Assembly (NCBI GenBank): GCA_020536535.1
Contig: JAHLWZ010000861.1
Span: 1-64,000, forward strand
Length of the DNA: 64,000 nucleotides
Direction of reading: 5' to 3'
Source: Pelomyxa schiedti
Taxonomy: Eukaryota; Protista; Evosea
Part shown: positions 50,716 to 63,485 of the stretch, in pieces
How positions within the stretch are numbered: the first letter of the stretch is position 1
Layout: every line of letters starts with the position of its first letter
The notes under the pieces: model-generated
What the model saw: the letters and a program-made list of their open reading frames with translations, nothing else
Database searches by the model: none
What the model was told of the DNA's origin: nothing
Position numbers and translations under genes: made by a program

Positions 50716-52107
50716 ATGGACAACCACAGTGGTGACCCACAATGCAGTCTCCCCACCTCGTCCTCGCCGTCGGTGGCACCCCCCTCACCGTGCTCGTTAC
50801 CCACCAGACACCACTGTGGGTGCACCGCCAGCGACGATGGTGGTGTGGATCAGCAGCATCATCAGCAGCATCATCAGCAGCAGAACCCGTCGCGTTGGGT
50901 GGCTCCCGTAGTGTCCCCAGTGCCCCTCGTTCTCGACGTCTCGTTCTACACGGGCGACGGCACCACACGGCCAGGCGGGGGGGGCTGTGGTGGCCCCGAC
51001 AGCGTGGGCGGGGGCGCAGAGGGAGGGGCGGCCGCGGCTGTGTGGGCGGGGCTGCGGGCCGGCGCGGGGAGGGTGCGGCAGGCGTACGGGGAGGCGTGGC
51101 GGGACCTGGGGCCGGAGCGGGGGACGAGGATGGCGTGCGCGCGGGCGGCGACGTGGGGGTACTCGTTCGGGGGCGGGGGCGGGGCGTGGACCGGGCCCGA
51201 GTACAAATACTTTGGGATACCCGACTCGGGGCTGCACGGGGTGTCGCATTGGACGAGGGTCGCGTGCTATGCTGTGTATATAATGGAGAAGCTGATCGCG
51301 CATCACCCTGAGGGGTGCCCCACTGTGCGTGCTTGTGCTCTCTCTATCTACGTATAGGGGAGGGTTCTGACACCCCAAAAATCAGGCTTCGGTGGATGCT
51401 TGTGATTTGGGGCACGATGTATTGGTGACTTGTGCCATTTATGGGGCACTATTCCATGACTCTGGGCGATATGGAAAGCATTCCTTTCCTTTTTCTTTTT
51501 TTTTTTTTACGGTAATCCAGGAGAAGGAAATGATACTGGACATGGGAGTAGAGCAGATACTGTGAGTAAACACTGTATTTTTAATATTAATTCAATGTTA
51601 CTTCCGTAGTAATAATACATTTCTTTAGACCCATTCCTAAGATGCCATTACATCCTTATTCCAACCGCCCTTAGATATGGCGATCGTATTCAGCAAGAAA
51701 AAACCTTTCCCAAAAGGTCGTAATGGCGGTATCACAAGCGATCTCGTTTCATGAAAACCACCAGTACGCCTGCCTATTTTAAATTAATTTCTTATTTGGC
51801 CCAGCTTGGATGTTGACCCAGATGCAAACCTGGTTACGATATCAGTTTGCAATGGAGACAGACTTGATCGTGTCCGTCTCTGCGAAAACCCCAATCCCGA
51901 AAAGATGTACCCAGACCACGGAGCATGGAAGGTAAATTTACCCAACGGGGTTATTATCTTTTTCAATTAATAAATTTATGTTACAAGAGGGGATTTTAAC
52001 AACAAAATACTCAGGAATTACTCGCAGTGGCAAGGCAGTTTACAGCAGAAGTAACCAACCAGTCATTGAGTGGTATCTTCAGCCCACAACAGACTGACAC
52101 TCACTGA
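50716..52107 (+). CDS. HD-domain phosphohydrolase of bacterial type, intron-containing
   Basis: LHGVSHWTRV ... ALFHDSGRYGEGNDTGHGSRA ... AISFH ... VCNGDRLDRVR. The full H...HD...D metal-ligand set is present. Confidence 0.75.
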
Positions 52108-52335
52108 ACCACCCACTTACCCCAATTCGACCCACAAGTGCACCAAACAATTTGGCCGTGTTGGTGGTGAGAATAAAATAATCAACAGACCGGAACGCTG
52201 TTTTTTTAACTTCAAAAAAAAAAAATGAATCTTCGAGACAAAGGCCGGGGCGCGTTACCCCCATCGCGGAAGGCTGTTACGGCGTGCGATTATGGGAGCG
52301 AGGGTGTCGACGACGAGGTGCGAGATGTGGTGACG

Positions 52336-53972
52336 ATGCCAAAGCGAGGGACACCAACGCCCCCGCCCACGATTTTTGGTGCTATAATTATTATGGGTCT
52401 ACTGGCTACTGTGTCCCCCGTTCATGCATGTAAAAAAAAAAAAAAAAACCAAAACGAGACAAAACTTTATGTATACTTTGTTGAAATGAATAATATGGGG
52501 AGGTTCTTACGTTTGGTGTAATAGGGACCATGGAAGGCAATGGAGTCACATGCACACATATTGTGCGGTTACATGGGGATACCAGTGACACGAGAGCTGG
52601 CAGTAACATCACTTGTAGATATAACTCTGCTACCAGCTGTAATGGTAACACCATTGTGGCAGTCACCAGTACACCAACAGGTGTATTTGGATTCACAAAG
52701 AACAAGGACTTCATAAGAGTGGACCCTGAATCGTGCTCCATTTCCACCTTCGCACATGGGGATGACTGGATTCTGGAGGAGAAAGTTACTGGCCTGACTT
52801 GGTCACTGTGGAGGGAGAGGCTGTATGCACTTGGTGCAGACTGGGACTTGGGGAGAGCCTCGCTCTATGAGGTGACTCTAAACGAAAGTGGATGGAGTGC
52901 TATTATGAAAGTTCTCAATATGGATATCCCTTATGCAAGTGGGCTTGCTGAGGACCCGTTGAGAGCCGGCATAGTGTATATGGCTGATGCTTGGACGGGA
53001 ACACTCTTCCAAATGTGCACACCAGATGAAATAGAGCCTACACCTGTGCCGATTGGTAATCCAGGTGACTTGCAGTGCAACAGAACACTCACAAGCCTAA
53101 ACTTTGATCCTGTCTCAAATTGCCTGGTAATGGTTTCTGGTACACAGGCAAGAGTAGTGGATGTTCATTCCGGAACTTCATCCTTCCTCTTCTCTTTCTC
53201 AATTCCTGTCTTAGGAATGTTTTTTACATATGGTACAGCCCTCCCTTAGCGGTCCCGTTCTCCTGACAGTTATCAGATTTTGATCCGCCGATAACAAACG
53301 CTTCATGCTCCTATATGTGCCTCTCACCCGTATCTTCCTCCGCATCCGTCAATGCGGATGTTGCCTATGCATTTATAGTTGCGGTGTGCTGTCTCTTTAT
53401 TGGTGGAATTCTCGTTGTTGTATCAATGAGACTGACTTGCAAGCTCGTCGGGTTTATACTCGACCTCCCCATTTGTTTGTTAAACTCTTCATATAGCCCA
53501 GCCATTACGCCGAAACCCAATGTTCCCCCAAAACACACTGAAGTTCCGGCAAAACTAGTAAATTCTGTATTTGAAGACTCTGAGTCACTCAATTGTCCAC
53601 CAGGGAGGCTTCTGTGAGTATCTTTTCGTGATTGTAATTATTCTACCTATCTTTAGGCATGAAATCGACGATCCCATGCTGCTCAGTTTCACTCAACCAC
53701 CTGGTGATGTACTTAGCCTCGTGAAGCAGATAACTGTATTCAATGTGGGCTTGGAAACTTGTGAGGTCAAATTTGACAGTTGTGATGGCTTCTCACTTGG
53801 AGGCCATGGTTCAAGGACAGTGTGGATTACTATAGAAAGGCAACGGGTTCCAAATGAAATACAGTATGTAACGGGCATGGTAACAATCAACGGAGCCCAA
53901 CCCATCAAGAAAAAGTTCCAGATACACATGAGTGCTATTGGGTTCAGAAGGGTTTCTTGGTTTGATGTGTAA
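52336..53972 (+). CDS. Type I membrane protein: signal peptide, beta-propeller-like ectodomain, one TM helix, cytosolic Ig-like beta domain
   Basis: Hydrophobic leader IFGAIIIMGLLATVSPVHA, N-glycosylation sequons (NIT, NES, NRT), TM AYAFIVAVCCLFIGGILVVV, and a beta-strand-rich tail. Confidence 0.6.
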
Positions 53973-54008
53973 AAGTAAAGAAAGAAAAGAGAACTCTTCT
54001 ATGTACAA

Positions 54009-56025
54009 CTAACACTTCTTGTTGCAAAGGTTCTTCTCTGTATTTACTTTGTTGGTTGCGTTTGCTTCACGGTTGATTGTGTTTATCATGTTGGTTAACC
54101 TGTTACTTCTGTTTGTGGTATTGATGGTGGTGTTCATTCTGTTTATTTGCTCTCTTGTGAGTGCAGGGGTGGTTTGTGTGGAAGTGGTAATAGAGCAGTC
54201 ACCTTGGCTAGGAGTCACAGTGACCGAAGTTGTTGCAGTTGCAGTTGGAGGGTTGCGGTGTTTGCGGAAATGGGCTGAGGATACAAGCTTGGAGAAGTCA
54301 ACAGGTGTAGGTGGGACAGGGGTGTTTAGTTTGAGATGCGGCTGGGGTGATTCTTGTTTCGGAGTTTCTTTTTTTGGTTGTGGAGTTGCATGTGGGGGTG
54401 GCAGCGGGTTCTTTCTCACTGGCACAAGTTCGATGGAGCGGTCTGAAGGTTCAGGTGCCTTGGTGCGCCGTTGAGGTTCAGTGACCGGTTGCCGGGGGGG
54501 ATTTTGCGGTGGTTTGAGTGCCGGAACTTTGAAGTGTGTCCGCTCTGGTTGTACGTGTGGTTGGAGGGGCTGTGAGTCTAGTTGCGGTTGTATTTGAGTA
54601 TGTGGTGGCGGTTGCGGCAGTTGCTGTTGCTGTTGTTTTGTTTGTGGTTGCAGTTGTGGTTGTGGTGGAAGTTCCAGTGGTGTTTGTGGTTTATGCAGTT
54701 GCGGTTGTTTTAGTTTCAGTTGCGGCTGCGGCGGCTGTGGGTGCGGTGCTGTTGGAATTTTGGATTGTGGTGGTACTGGCAGCTGTGCTTGGGGTTGCGC
54801 ATGCAGATTGGATTGTGATTGGGGTGGTTCTGGGTGTGGTTGCTGCTCAGTGTTTAGTACGTGGGGTATAGAACTCAGGGGAGGAGCTTGCTCACTCGCA
54901 GGGGCCGCAAGAGCTATCCCTGGAGCCTTTGAAGCGGACTGGGAGGGAGGTGCAATTGTTGGTGTGTCGGAGAGATGTGAGCTGTCCAGTTGAACCTTTT
55001 TCCGTTTGAAATGGGCAGTTGTTTGAATTGCAGTGTAGGGTATAATATTACGGGCCTGGAGTGGTGTCTGTGAGCTCTCTAGTAATGGTCTGGGTTGCGA
55101 GGGAATTGGAAGCACAGTAGATTGTGGAGGCCTTTTACGAGATGCAGGTTCGCCTGTTTCCGCGGTTTGTTCTGGTCTCTCCTTATCTTGGACGATGGGT
55201 GATGTTGATTGCTGCTGGATGTGGAGGTCATTGATAGGTGAAAGAAAATGGCCGTATGGGCAGAGGTCTCCTTTGTTGCAATGTCCAGCATTGTAGTGGA
55301 TACAAGGAACAGTTTTCAAATCTACACTAAAAAAAAAAGCAGATTGATAAGGAAGAGTTTGAAGTGAAGAGGAGATAATTACCGTGACTGTAAAGGCATT
55401 GGTCGCCCTTAACACAATAACCACTTTTGAAGAATTGACACACATCCTCTTTTTTCTGGGGCGTCGCGGAATGTGAAAATGGACATTCATCTCCCTATAT
55501 ATATATGTAGTTAGCGAGTAAGCTGGTATAGAGGCCCAATCCAAGTATAACAATAATAAATCCAATTAATTAACATATTACAACCTTTGTGCAATGGCCC
55601 TCGAGCCAAAAGGAGCAGTCAATTTTCTTGGTGGCGGGGACCTTGGCGTTCTTCGCGGCAGTTGATTTGCCCCCCTCCCCGGCCTTGTTCTTGTGTTGTT
55701 TCTTTTTCTTCTGCGTGCGATCTTTCCTTTTCATTTTTTGCTGGTTGGCTGCATCGGCATCGTTTGTTGCAGTTGCAGGGCCCGCGCCCACTCCTGTGTG
55801 GTGACAGACGCCGCCGTTGTCGGTGCCAGGTTCAATTTGTGCGGGTGGTTCGGGGTTGGTTGGGGCCACGTCGTTGCTGTGTATTTCGCCTTGTTCTGCG
55901 CCGAGGCCCATAAGTCCATTTCCTTCGACGCCGGCGCTCATATTGGCTGTGGGGGTTGCGGGCGGCGGCCCCGAGACTACGCTGGCGTCGCACGGCGCAT
56001 CGGTGGCTCCTGAACAGCTACTCAT
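54009..56025 (-). CDS. Triple CCCH zinc-finger protein, ZC3H4/6/8-like, with a Q/P-rich tail
   Basis: CSFWLEGHCTK|GDECPFSH, CQFFKSGYCVKGDQCLYSH|DLKTVPCIHYNAGHCNKGDLCPYGH. Confidence 0.85.
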
Positions 56026-56082
56026 TCGGCACCCGCTCAATTTGACTTCTTCTTTGCAGATACCAGATCGCGCACAAAAAGA

Positions 56083-58751
56083 ATGGGCATCAAGGACCTG
56101 TCCAAGGTGATCGGGGACAATGCGCCGCGTGCCATCAAGCAGTCGAAATCAGTGTCTACGTATCTGGGCAGGAAGGTACCTATGAGCGTGTTGATGCGTG
56201 CGTGACCGGGTTATGGGATGGTTTACCCTGTTGTTATTTGTAGGTTGCTATTGATGCTAGCATGGCACTCTATCAGTTCCTTATATCTATAAGGTAATTG
56301 TTGCTATTATTCATCCTGTGTAATAAGTTGAAATGATGCGTGTTAATTAATTAATATTAACAGGCAAGATGGGGGGAATAATCTTACAGATGATACTGGC
56401 GAGACCACAAGGTACATATTATTATGCTGCTCCATATTATATTCACTTCTGAACGTTCAGTCACATCATTGGCACATTTTATCGTACAGTCAAACTTATT
56501 GTCAATAACATCAAGCCTGTTTATGTTTTCGATGGCAAACCACCGGTATTTAACTCTTATCTCTCTTTAGTCCTGCTAAATCCCTGTGTATTTCCAAGAC
56601 ACTTAAATCAGGGGAGGTAAAATTTCTGTACTCTTTTTTTTCCCGCTTTCCAAAAATTCTATAGCTCGCAAAGCGTCACGCCAGAGCAAGAGAAGCCACT
56701 GCTGCACTTGAAGCTGCTAAGGAATCAGGTACATCTCCTCACACCCATTATCCATACAGTCTAAATTATTATTCTCAGGTGCTCAAGATGAAGTTGTCAA
56801 AATGGCCAAACGAACTGTCAGACTTGATAGGGCTCAAACTGCAGACGTTAGGAGGCTTCTTCTTTTAATGGGGGTTCCAATTGTCGATGTATGTAACTCA
56901 CCGGCATTATAGGTCTTTAATGTTACACTTCAGGCACCTTGTGAAGCTGAGGCACAATGTGCTGTTATGGCAAAAGCGGGTATTGTGTGGGCTACTTCCA
57001 CGGAGGATATGGATGCCTTAACTTTTGGTACTCCGATATTGCTCAGGTTCTCTTCCATGCAATTTATTCCAGGACTAACTAGCCCACAAGGCATTTAAAT
57101 TTTAGTGATTCAAAGAAGGACCCAATACTAGAATTGCACCTGGATACAGTTTTAAAAGATATGGGTTTAAACATGGACCAAGTAGGTGGAACTGTTTCAA
57201 TTCTCGTCGACTGACGAAACACAGTTTGTTGACCTGTGCATACTTCTAGGCTGCGACTATTGTGACACTATCAAAGGTGAGCTAATTTCACTGCAAAAAA
57301 AACGGTACAAAATCCAAAAGGAATTGGCAAGAAAAAGGCTGTGGAGTTCCTTCATAAATATGGGAGCATTGAAGGAATCATACAAAACATTAATACCAAA
57401 AAATTCCAAGTATCTCTTTCTACCTTCCGAAGGAAATTGTTTATTTTCCAAAGGTTCCCGATTTTTTCCCCTATCAAGAAGTAAGAGAGCTCTTCAAACA
57501 TCCCCTTGTCCAAGATCCGCATACCCTCGATGTATGAGTTCCAAATTCTTTTTTTTCCTCTTACGCCCTACAGTTAAAGTGGACTGATCCCGATGAAGAA
57601 GGCCTCATCAATTTCCTTGTTGGAGAGAAAGGCTTTAGCAAGGAGAGAATTGTTGTTGCTATAGAGAAGCTGAAAAAGGCTCGAGCCCAGTTCGTCCAAG
57701 AACGCCTTGATGGATTTTTCAAGTTCTTACCTCCACCACCAACTGAAAGCACCACTTCTTCTTGTACCAGTACATCATCAACCAAGGCAACTCCCTCCAC
57801 AACGCGCACTGCAACATCCACAGCCAAAAAACCTACCTCACCAACAAAGAAGCCTGGCACTACAAAGCCAAAAAACAAGGCGGTCGCTACCAGCGCACCC
57901 AAGACCCCCGCCTCTTCCGCTCCCTTTTTCCTAGTAGCACCATCACCCTGTAAACCTTCATCCACTGCTTCAGCTTCCGCTTCTACTTCCTCTTCATGTT
58001 TCACAATGGCCCGGGTTGGGCACAACACCCAAGATACCGATTCAACTCCAACAACCACAACAACCCCTTCTTCCGTGGATAATAATCCACCCTCACCTCA
58101 ACTCATCAATCCCGATGTCAAGATACCTTCGCCGGACCTCCCCAAAGCACCTCTAACAACAACAGAACCCGATTCTCCAATTCTCAAAACAGACCTACCT
58201 GATTCTGCCACTACACAACAACAGCAGCAGCAACAACCACCATCACCCAAATCCTCCACACCAACAAAGAAACACAAGGACACAACCACACAGCCAAAAA
58301 AATCACCACAGACCCCTCACAGTACTGACTCCACAGATACTCCCGCCCCTACTGACACATCAATATCACAATCAAATCCCACCTCAGCCGCAGCTGCAAC
58401 CACAACCACAACCACAACAACAACCAGTAGCACTAGTACTGCAAGTTGTTCGGCATCACCAACCCAAAAACAGGGTGGTAATGATCATGACCGTGACGAC
58501 GATGATGAAGATGCCCTTGCTGGTCAAAAGCGTTCTGTATGTAGCATACATACATATACATTTCTGTATATAATAGATAGATATTCCTACTCCACATTTG
58601 TAATAAAAATTCCTTTGTGCGTCCCTCTCACCCCACAATGCAGTTCTTTGACATAAGCCGGGAGGCCAGTCGGCGCGTTTTTGGGACCAACCAGAACCCG
58701 GTACCTCCCCCTCCTAAGAGATCGAGGGCTTGGCAGAAAAAGAAGTCCTGA
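56083..58751 (+). CDS. FEN1: Flap endonuclease 1 with a long low-complexity C-terminal extension
   Basis: [66 protein letters not shown], and the PIP box QERLDGFF. The frame stays open well past the PIP box. Confidence 0.93.
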
Positions 58752-58861
58752 GATTCACTGTTTGCCGTTTGAATCAGTATGATCAAAAAATCAACACAAC
58801 ATAAAACAAAAGCAAGGCGTACAAACACCAAGTTGTTTATTGGCGCAGTACTACACAAGAA

Positions 58862-59578
58862 ATGTTGAGCGTGGTTGTCATCGGCGGGCTTGTGGGATGC
58901 CTATTTAATGCTGTGCGTTGCGGCGCCTCTTTTTTTTATTTTTCATGGAAAGCCGAACTATAAAGGCCTATAGTATAATTTCCGTTTTGTGATTAATTAA
59001 CAAACACTCCCTAATTATATAGTTTGGGTTGATGCTGGTAGAATCGGGGTATGTTAAGGGGAGTGCTGGAGCCACACTTAATGACCCTCTACTCGTTTTG
59101 GTATGGCCAACTTTTGATTACGCGTTACTGACTTTTTTTTTTTAAAGTCTGTTATTGTTACTCTCTTTTTGTCTCTATTGAACTACCCTACAAAGAAGCA
59201 CACCCTCCCAGTTTGTGTGTACCCACTCCAACCCAACCAAACAAAAGAAAGATAACATAACTACACATCACCGGACTTCCCCAACCGATTCCTACAGGCA
59301 TGATCCTGAGTGGCACAACAGCAATCTATTACTTCTTCGACATGATACAGATGTTCAAGACTGCTTCCACCGCCGCATCCATGATTGGCTCCGGCGCCCT
59401 CTTCTGTGTCATCGGGATGCTGGTGATAGAAGCCTGCTGCATATGCATATTCAATGGTTGGTTTGTTGCCGAGGGGCCAGTGTTTGGTCACACAGGGGGA
59501 CCCACCACCGGCAGCAGCACATATGTCACACCCCCTGATGCTCCTCCAACTACCACTGACCCTGTAAGCAATGCCTAA
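58862..59578 (+). CDS. Small hypothetical multi-pass membrane protein
   Basis: Hydrophobic short exons (MLSVVVIGGLVGCLFNA|FGLMLVES...) joined to ORF 59300-59578. Confidence 0.4.
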
Positions 59579-59724
59579 AAAAAGAATACTTAAGCTTTCT
59601 CCCAACCACAAAATCAAAAGTGTACAATAAGCTGAGACAACGACTCAGTTCCGCACCAAGCTCAGAGCCTTCCAGTCCCTGCTTTTTTGGAATTTTTTGA
59701 TTTCTTCTCACAAAAAGATTTTCT

Positions 59725-61055
59725 ATGATGAAGGAGACCACGGGGGAGCATGGGATGGTGAGTTATTTGCGACACCGGGTGACGCACACAGTGTACGATG
59801 TTAAGTGGACGTTGGGGGGCACGCGTGTGGCGGCTGTTGGTTGCCGGGCCCGTGGATCTGGTTGTTTGCAGTTGTACAAGATCCCTGCGTCGCCGTTGCA
59901 TTCACCATCTGCTTCGTCGGTTTGTTTTGGTTTTGTGTGTTTCTGGAAACTCACTATTTTCTTAGTTGGAATTGGTATGTGAAGCGGAGAAGAGAAGCCC
60001 TTTCAAGTGTTGCACTTTTGGAGCGTCTAGGGCGGCGGATAACCAAATAGCAACTGGAGACTTTGAGGGGAGAGTGGCAATTTGGGACTTTAACAACACA
60101 GCACTTCCTGTATGCGAAATTAATTAATTTTTTCCCCTTTTGTACCATTTTACCTTTTTACAGGTGTATTCTGCTCAAGCGCACAGCTCCATTATTAACT
60201 GGTAACTAAATGTAATGTATGCATTCAGTTACTTATTCGCCTCACTTCTCCTTAGTATTGACGGTATTGGAGGAGATATCGGAAAGGGGGCTCCAGAAAT
60301 TGTCACAGGCTCCAGAGATGGAAGGTGCCCTTTTTCTTTCGTTCCATTCTTGCTCACTTCTTCAACAGAATTTGTGTATGGGACCCAAGGTCTAAAACAC
60401 ATGTCCTTGAAATTAAGAATCCAACCCGGGACTGCTGGTCTGTTTGTTTTGGAGATGCGCACAGCACATCGTCGCGTTGCATCTGTGCAGGGTTTGACAA
60501 TGGAGAGCTTCTAGTATTTGACATGTGTGCGTCAAGAACAATATGGAGGGGGAGCGCCGGTGCCGGAGTATGTAGTGTATGCTACGACAGGGCTGACTCT
60601 CTTGCAAATAACATATTTGTTGCCACTCTTTCCGCGCAACTTCGCATTTATGATGTGACATCCATGCATCCAACACGTGGTTACAATTACCTGGACACAC
60701 CGGCACATGGGATTTCCACAGTTTGGTGTGTGAAGCCTCTTCCCCAGAATCCTGCGTTCTTTGCATCAACTGGAGGCGATGGCCGCATTCAACTCTTTAA
60801 ACACAAGTATCCCACCTTCCTATTTGTTGCAGCTTTCCTAATTCTCAAAGATACCCACCGACAAAGAAGGAAACTGATCCAGCAATTACACCCAGCAAAG
60901 AAGGAACACCGGTGATAGAAACTGTTGCATCACTTGCAGCATCATCACAACCTGTTGTGTCCTATGACTGGAACCGCGGCCACTGTGGGCTATTTGCTGC
61001 AGCAGTTCTTGACCAGTCCATCCTCATTGGGTTCACCACCAAGCTTGAAGAGTAA
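59725..61055 (+). CDS. WDR92: WD40-repeat protein WDR92 / DNAAF10 (Monad)
   Basis: TVYDVKW, PFKCCTFGAS, IATGDFEG, AHSSIINC|IDGIGG..GKGAPEIVTGSRDG, VWDPR, RDCWSVCFG, CAGFDNG, STVWCVKPLPQN, DWN, LDQ. Confidence 0.9.
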
Positions 61056-61271
61056 CGAACAAAGAGGCAATGATCTCTTAAAGAATAAAAGGGTTTTTTT
61101 TTTGCATGCTAGGACTGTGGCATCATAGGCCCAATAATTCATCAACACTGATAGTGGAGCTTCTCGGAAGGTGTGAAAAAATTTTTCGTGCTTTTCGTAG
61201 TGGGTTGCAAGCACCGACGGCGGCCTGAGTGTTTCGTTTGCAGTTGCACGCATCTCCGTATTACTATACAG

Positions 61272-63485
61272 ATGACGTCACTGACAACTGCCCAAGTATC
61301 GTCGACCACGAGCCCTTCGGCGTCGGCCTCGTCGGCGCCTGTGAGTGGCGTTGGTGGTTCGTTGAATAAACCTCCATCAAAGTGGCGTCCGTTTTCGTTG
61401 CACCTGTCACTGTCATCATCATCACATCAATCACCTTCACCATTACCTTCTCCCTCTTCTTCTTCTTCCTCCTCTCCCATAATAACAGCTTCCACATCTA
61501 CACCTACACTTACACCTACTTCCTCACCTTCTTCTATTTGTACCCACAAACCGTCACTATCTAACTCTAGTTCTACATCCACTTGTCACATGTTGTCCCC
61601 GTGTGGGTCTCCTTCCACTTCGCCCATTATAGCACCGGAAGCGCCTTGCACTCCCCCTCTCCATTCAACCCAGACTCACCACACACCAGTTTACAGCAAC
61701 TCGCTCAGTATCCCTCACCTTCTCACCACTCACTCCAATTCGGCGCCATCAGCTTCCTGTAATGATACCGGCAGTAGTACCACTACTACCAGCACTAGTA
61801 TAACTCCACCTCCCTCACCACGCTTATTTGTAGGAGGGGGAGGAAGCGAGGGGGGCCAGAGCGAAGCCAGTGAATACGATGATGCCCTGTCTTGGTGCTC
61901 TGCGGACAGCACAAGTTCCTCCACTTCATCACACAATTCACAGGGTGGCCATCACCGCCCTAACATATTGAATGTGAGTGGCAGTATAGGGAGTAGCGGT
62001 GGATTGAGTGAAGCCGGGAATAGCAGTTGTGGCAGTGTTGGGTCTAAAATTACTCCCAGTAGTACACCAACTCTACCCACTTCACTGAATATAACTTCCC
62101 GAGGATCACCTGTGAAGTCCGTTGCCCTGTCAAAACAAATAATTGAAAAAAAGAATGCTGAAGCCAAACTCCGGAAACAGAAGGTGCACTCACCTTTACA
62201 AATTCTCATTTCTAAGTCTCCATAGAGAGAGGCAATTATCTTATCAGCTCTTCCAAACTGGAAACTTCTCCTTTCCAAGCCGTGGCCAGCAAATCCGCGC
62301 AAAGACAAAGTACTCAAGTCACTTCTTCAAGTCTGCGTTCCACCCAGTGTTAGGGGAGCTGTATGGGAAAAGCTCATCCAAAATGAATTGAGTTAGTTCT
62401 GTTCCTCCCAATCTAGATCTAATTTCTCCAGTGATATCGGCTGAACTCTATCAAGTCATGCAACACCAGTATAGCATTGTTGTAAAGCACGCACTTGGTC
62501 GTGCTGATTCAAAGCAACTCATAGAAACGGACATTGAATCAACATTCCCCTACTTGAACCTATTCAAGGTACTATCTTACTGACTAGATTGTTGGAGTAA
62601 ATGTTTCTGCCAGGTGGGGTGTCCATTCTACGATTCACTCAAATCACTTGTGCAAGCATATATTGCATACCGGCCTGACATTGGGTATGCAATTAAACTT
62701 CTTGGTTCTTTTTCCGATTTATATTTCAGATATGTCCCTGGTATGTCCCACATATGTGCTGTACTGCTATTAAACATTGACAAGCAACACATCTGCTTCA
62801 CATGTTTGGCGAACATCTTCAACTCAAGGATACACCGGGCATTTTCCAGTGGCAATGCAGGCGGAGGCATAACTATTGAGAACTACCTGAGTGCTTTTGA
62901 CATCATGCTAAAAGCCCATATTCCAAATGTGCGTCCATGAGAATAAATTTATCAAACCTGAAACGCTCAATGAATTAGGTTCATAGTCACTTTGCCTCCC
63001 TGGGGATAACCGTAGACATGTTTGCCATTGATTGTGTGGTCACTCTCATGAGCAAAGTATTACCCTTAGACTGTGTGGTTCGGATATGGGACCTATATTT
63101 CTGTGCCGGGGAGCAATTCCTAATGAGAGTGATGGTAGCTTGGATAAGGTACATGCGACCGGCCCTATTACAGGTTCACCCCAAAATTCTCTCCCATGAA
63201 CAATGAAATTAACATATAAATGCATCTCCTAATTAGGCCGATTTTGCCCAATGTGTTGCCCTTGTAACTAAAGGAGGGAACGCAACAACGCAATGTGTTG
63301 GGAGTATATCCTGGGAGGAACTCTATGGCCACGTAAAGGCTATTCCAAGAATTAAAACTGTCAAGTGGGAGAATTTCATAAAAACAACAAAACCTCTGTC
63401 CAAGACCCCCTCCTCCAAACAAAAGGTACCCTACCACTATTCTATTCTACTTCTGATTCTCTTGATCAGTTTTAGACTGTTATAA
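61272..63485 (+). CDS. TBC1D12/14-like TBC (Rab-GAP fold) protein with a Ser-rich N-terminus and both catalytic fingers substituted
   Basis: VPPSVRGAVW..LIQNEL, IETDIESTFP, AYIAYRPDIG|YVPGMS, LPLDCVVRIWDLYFCAGE. Confidence 0.85.
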
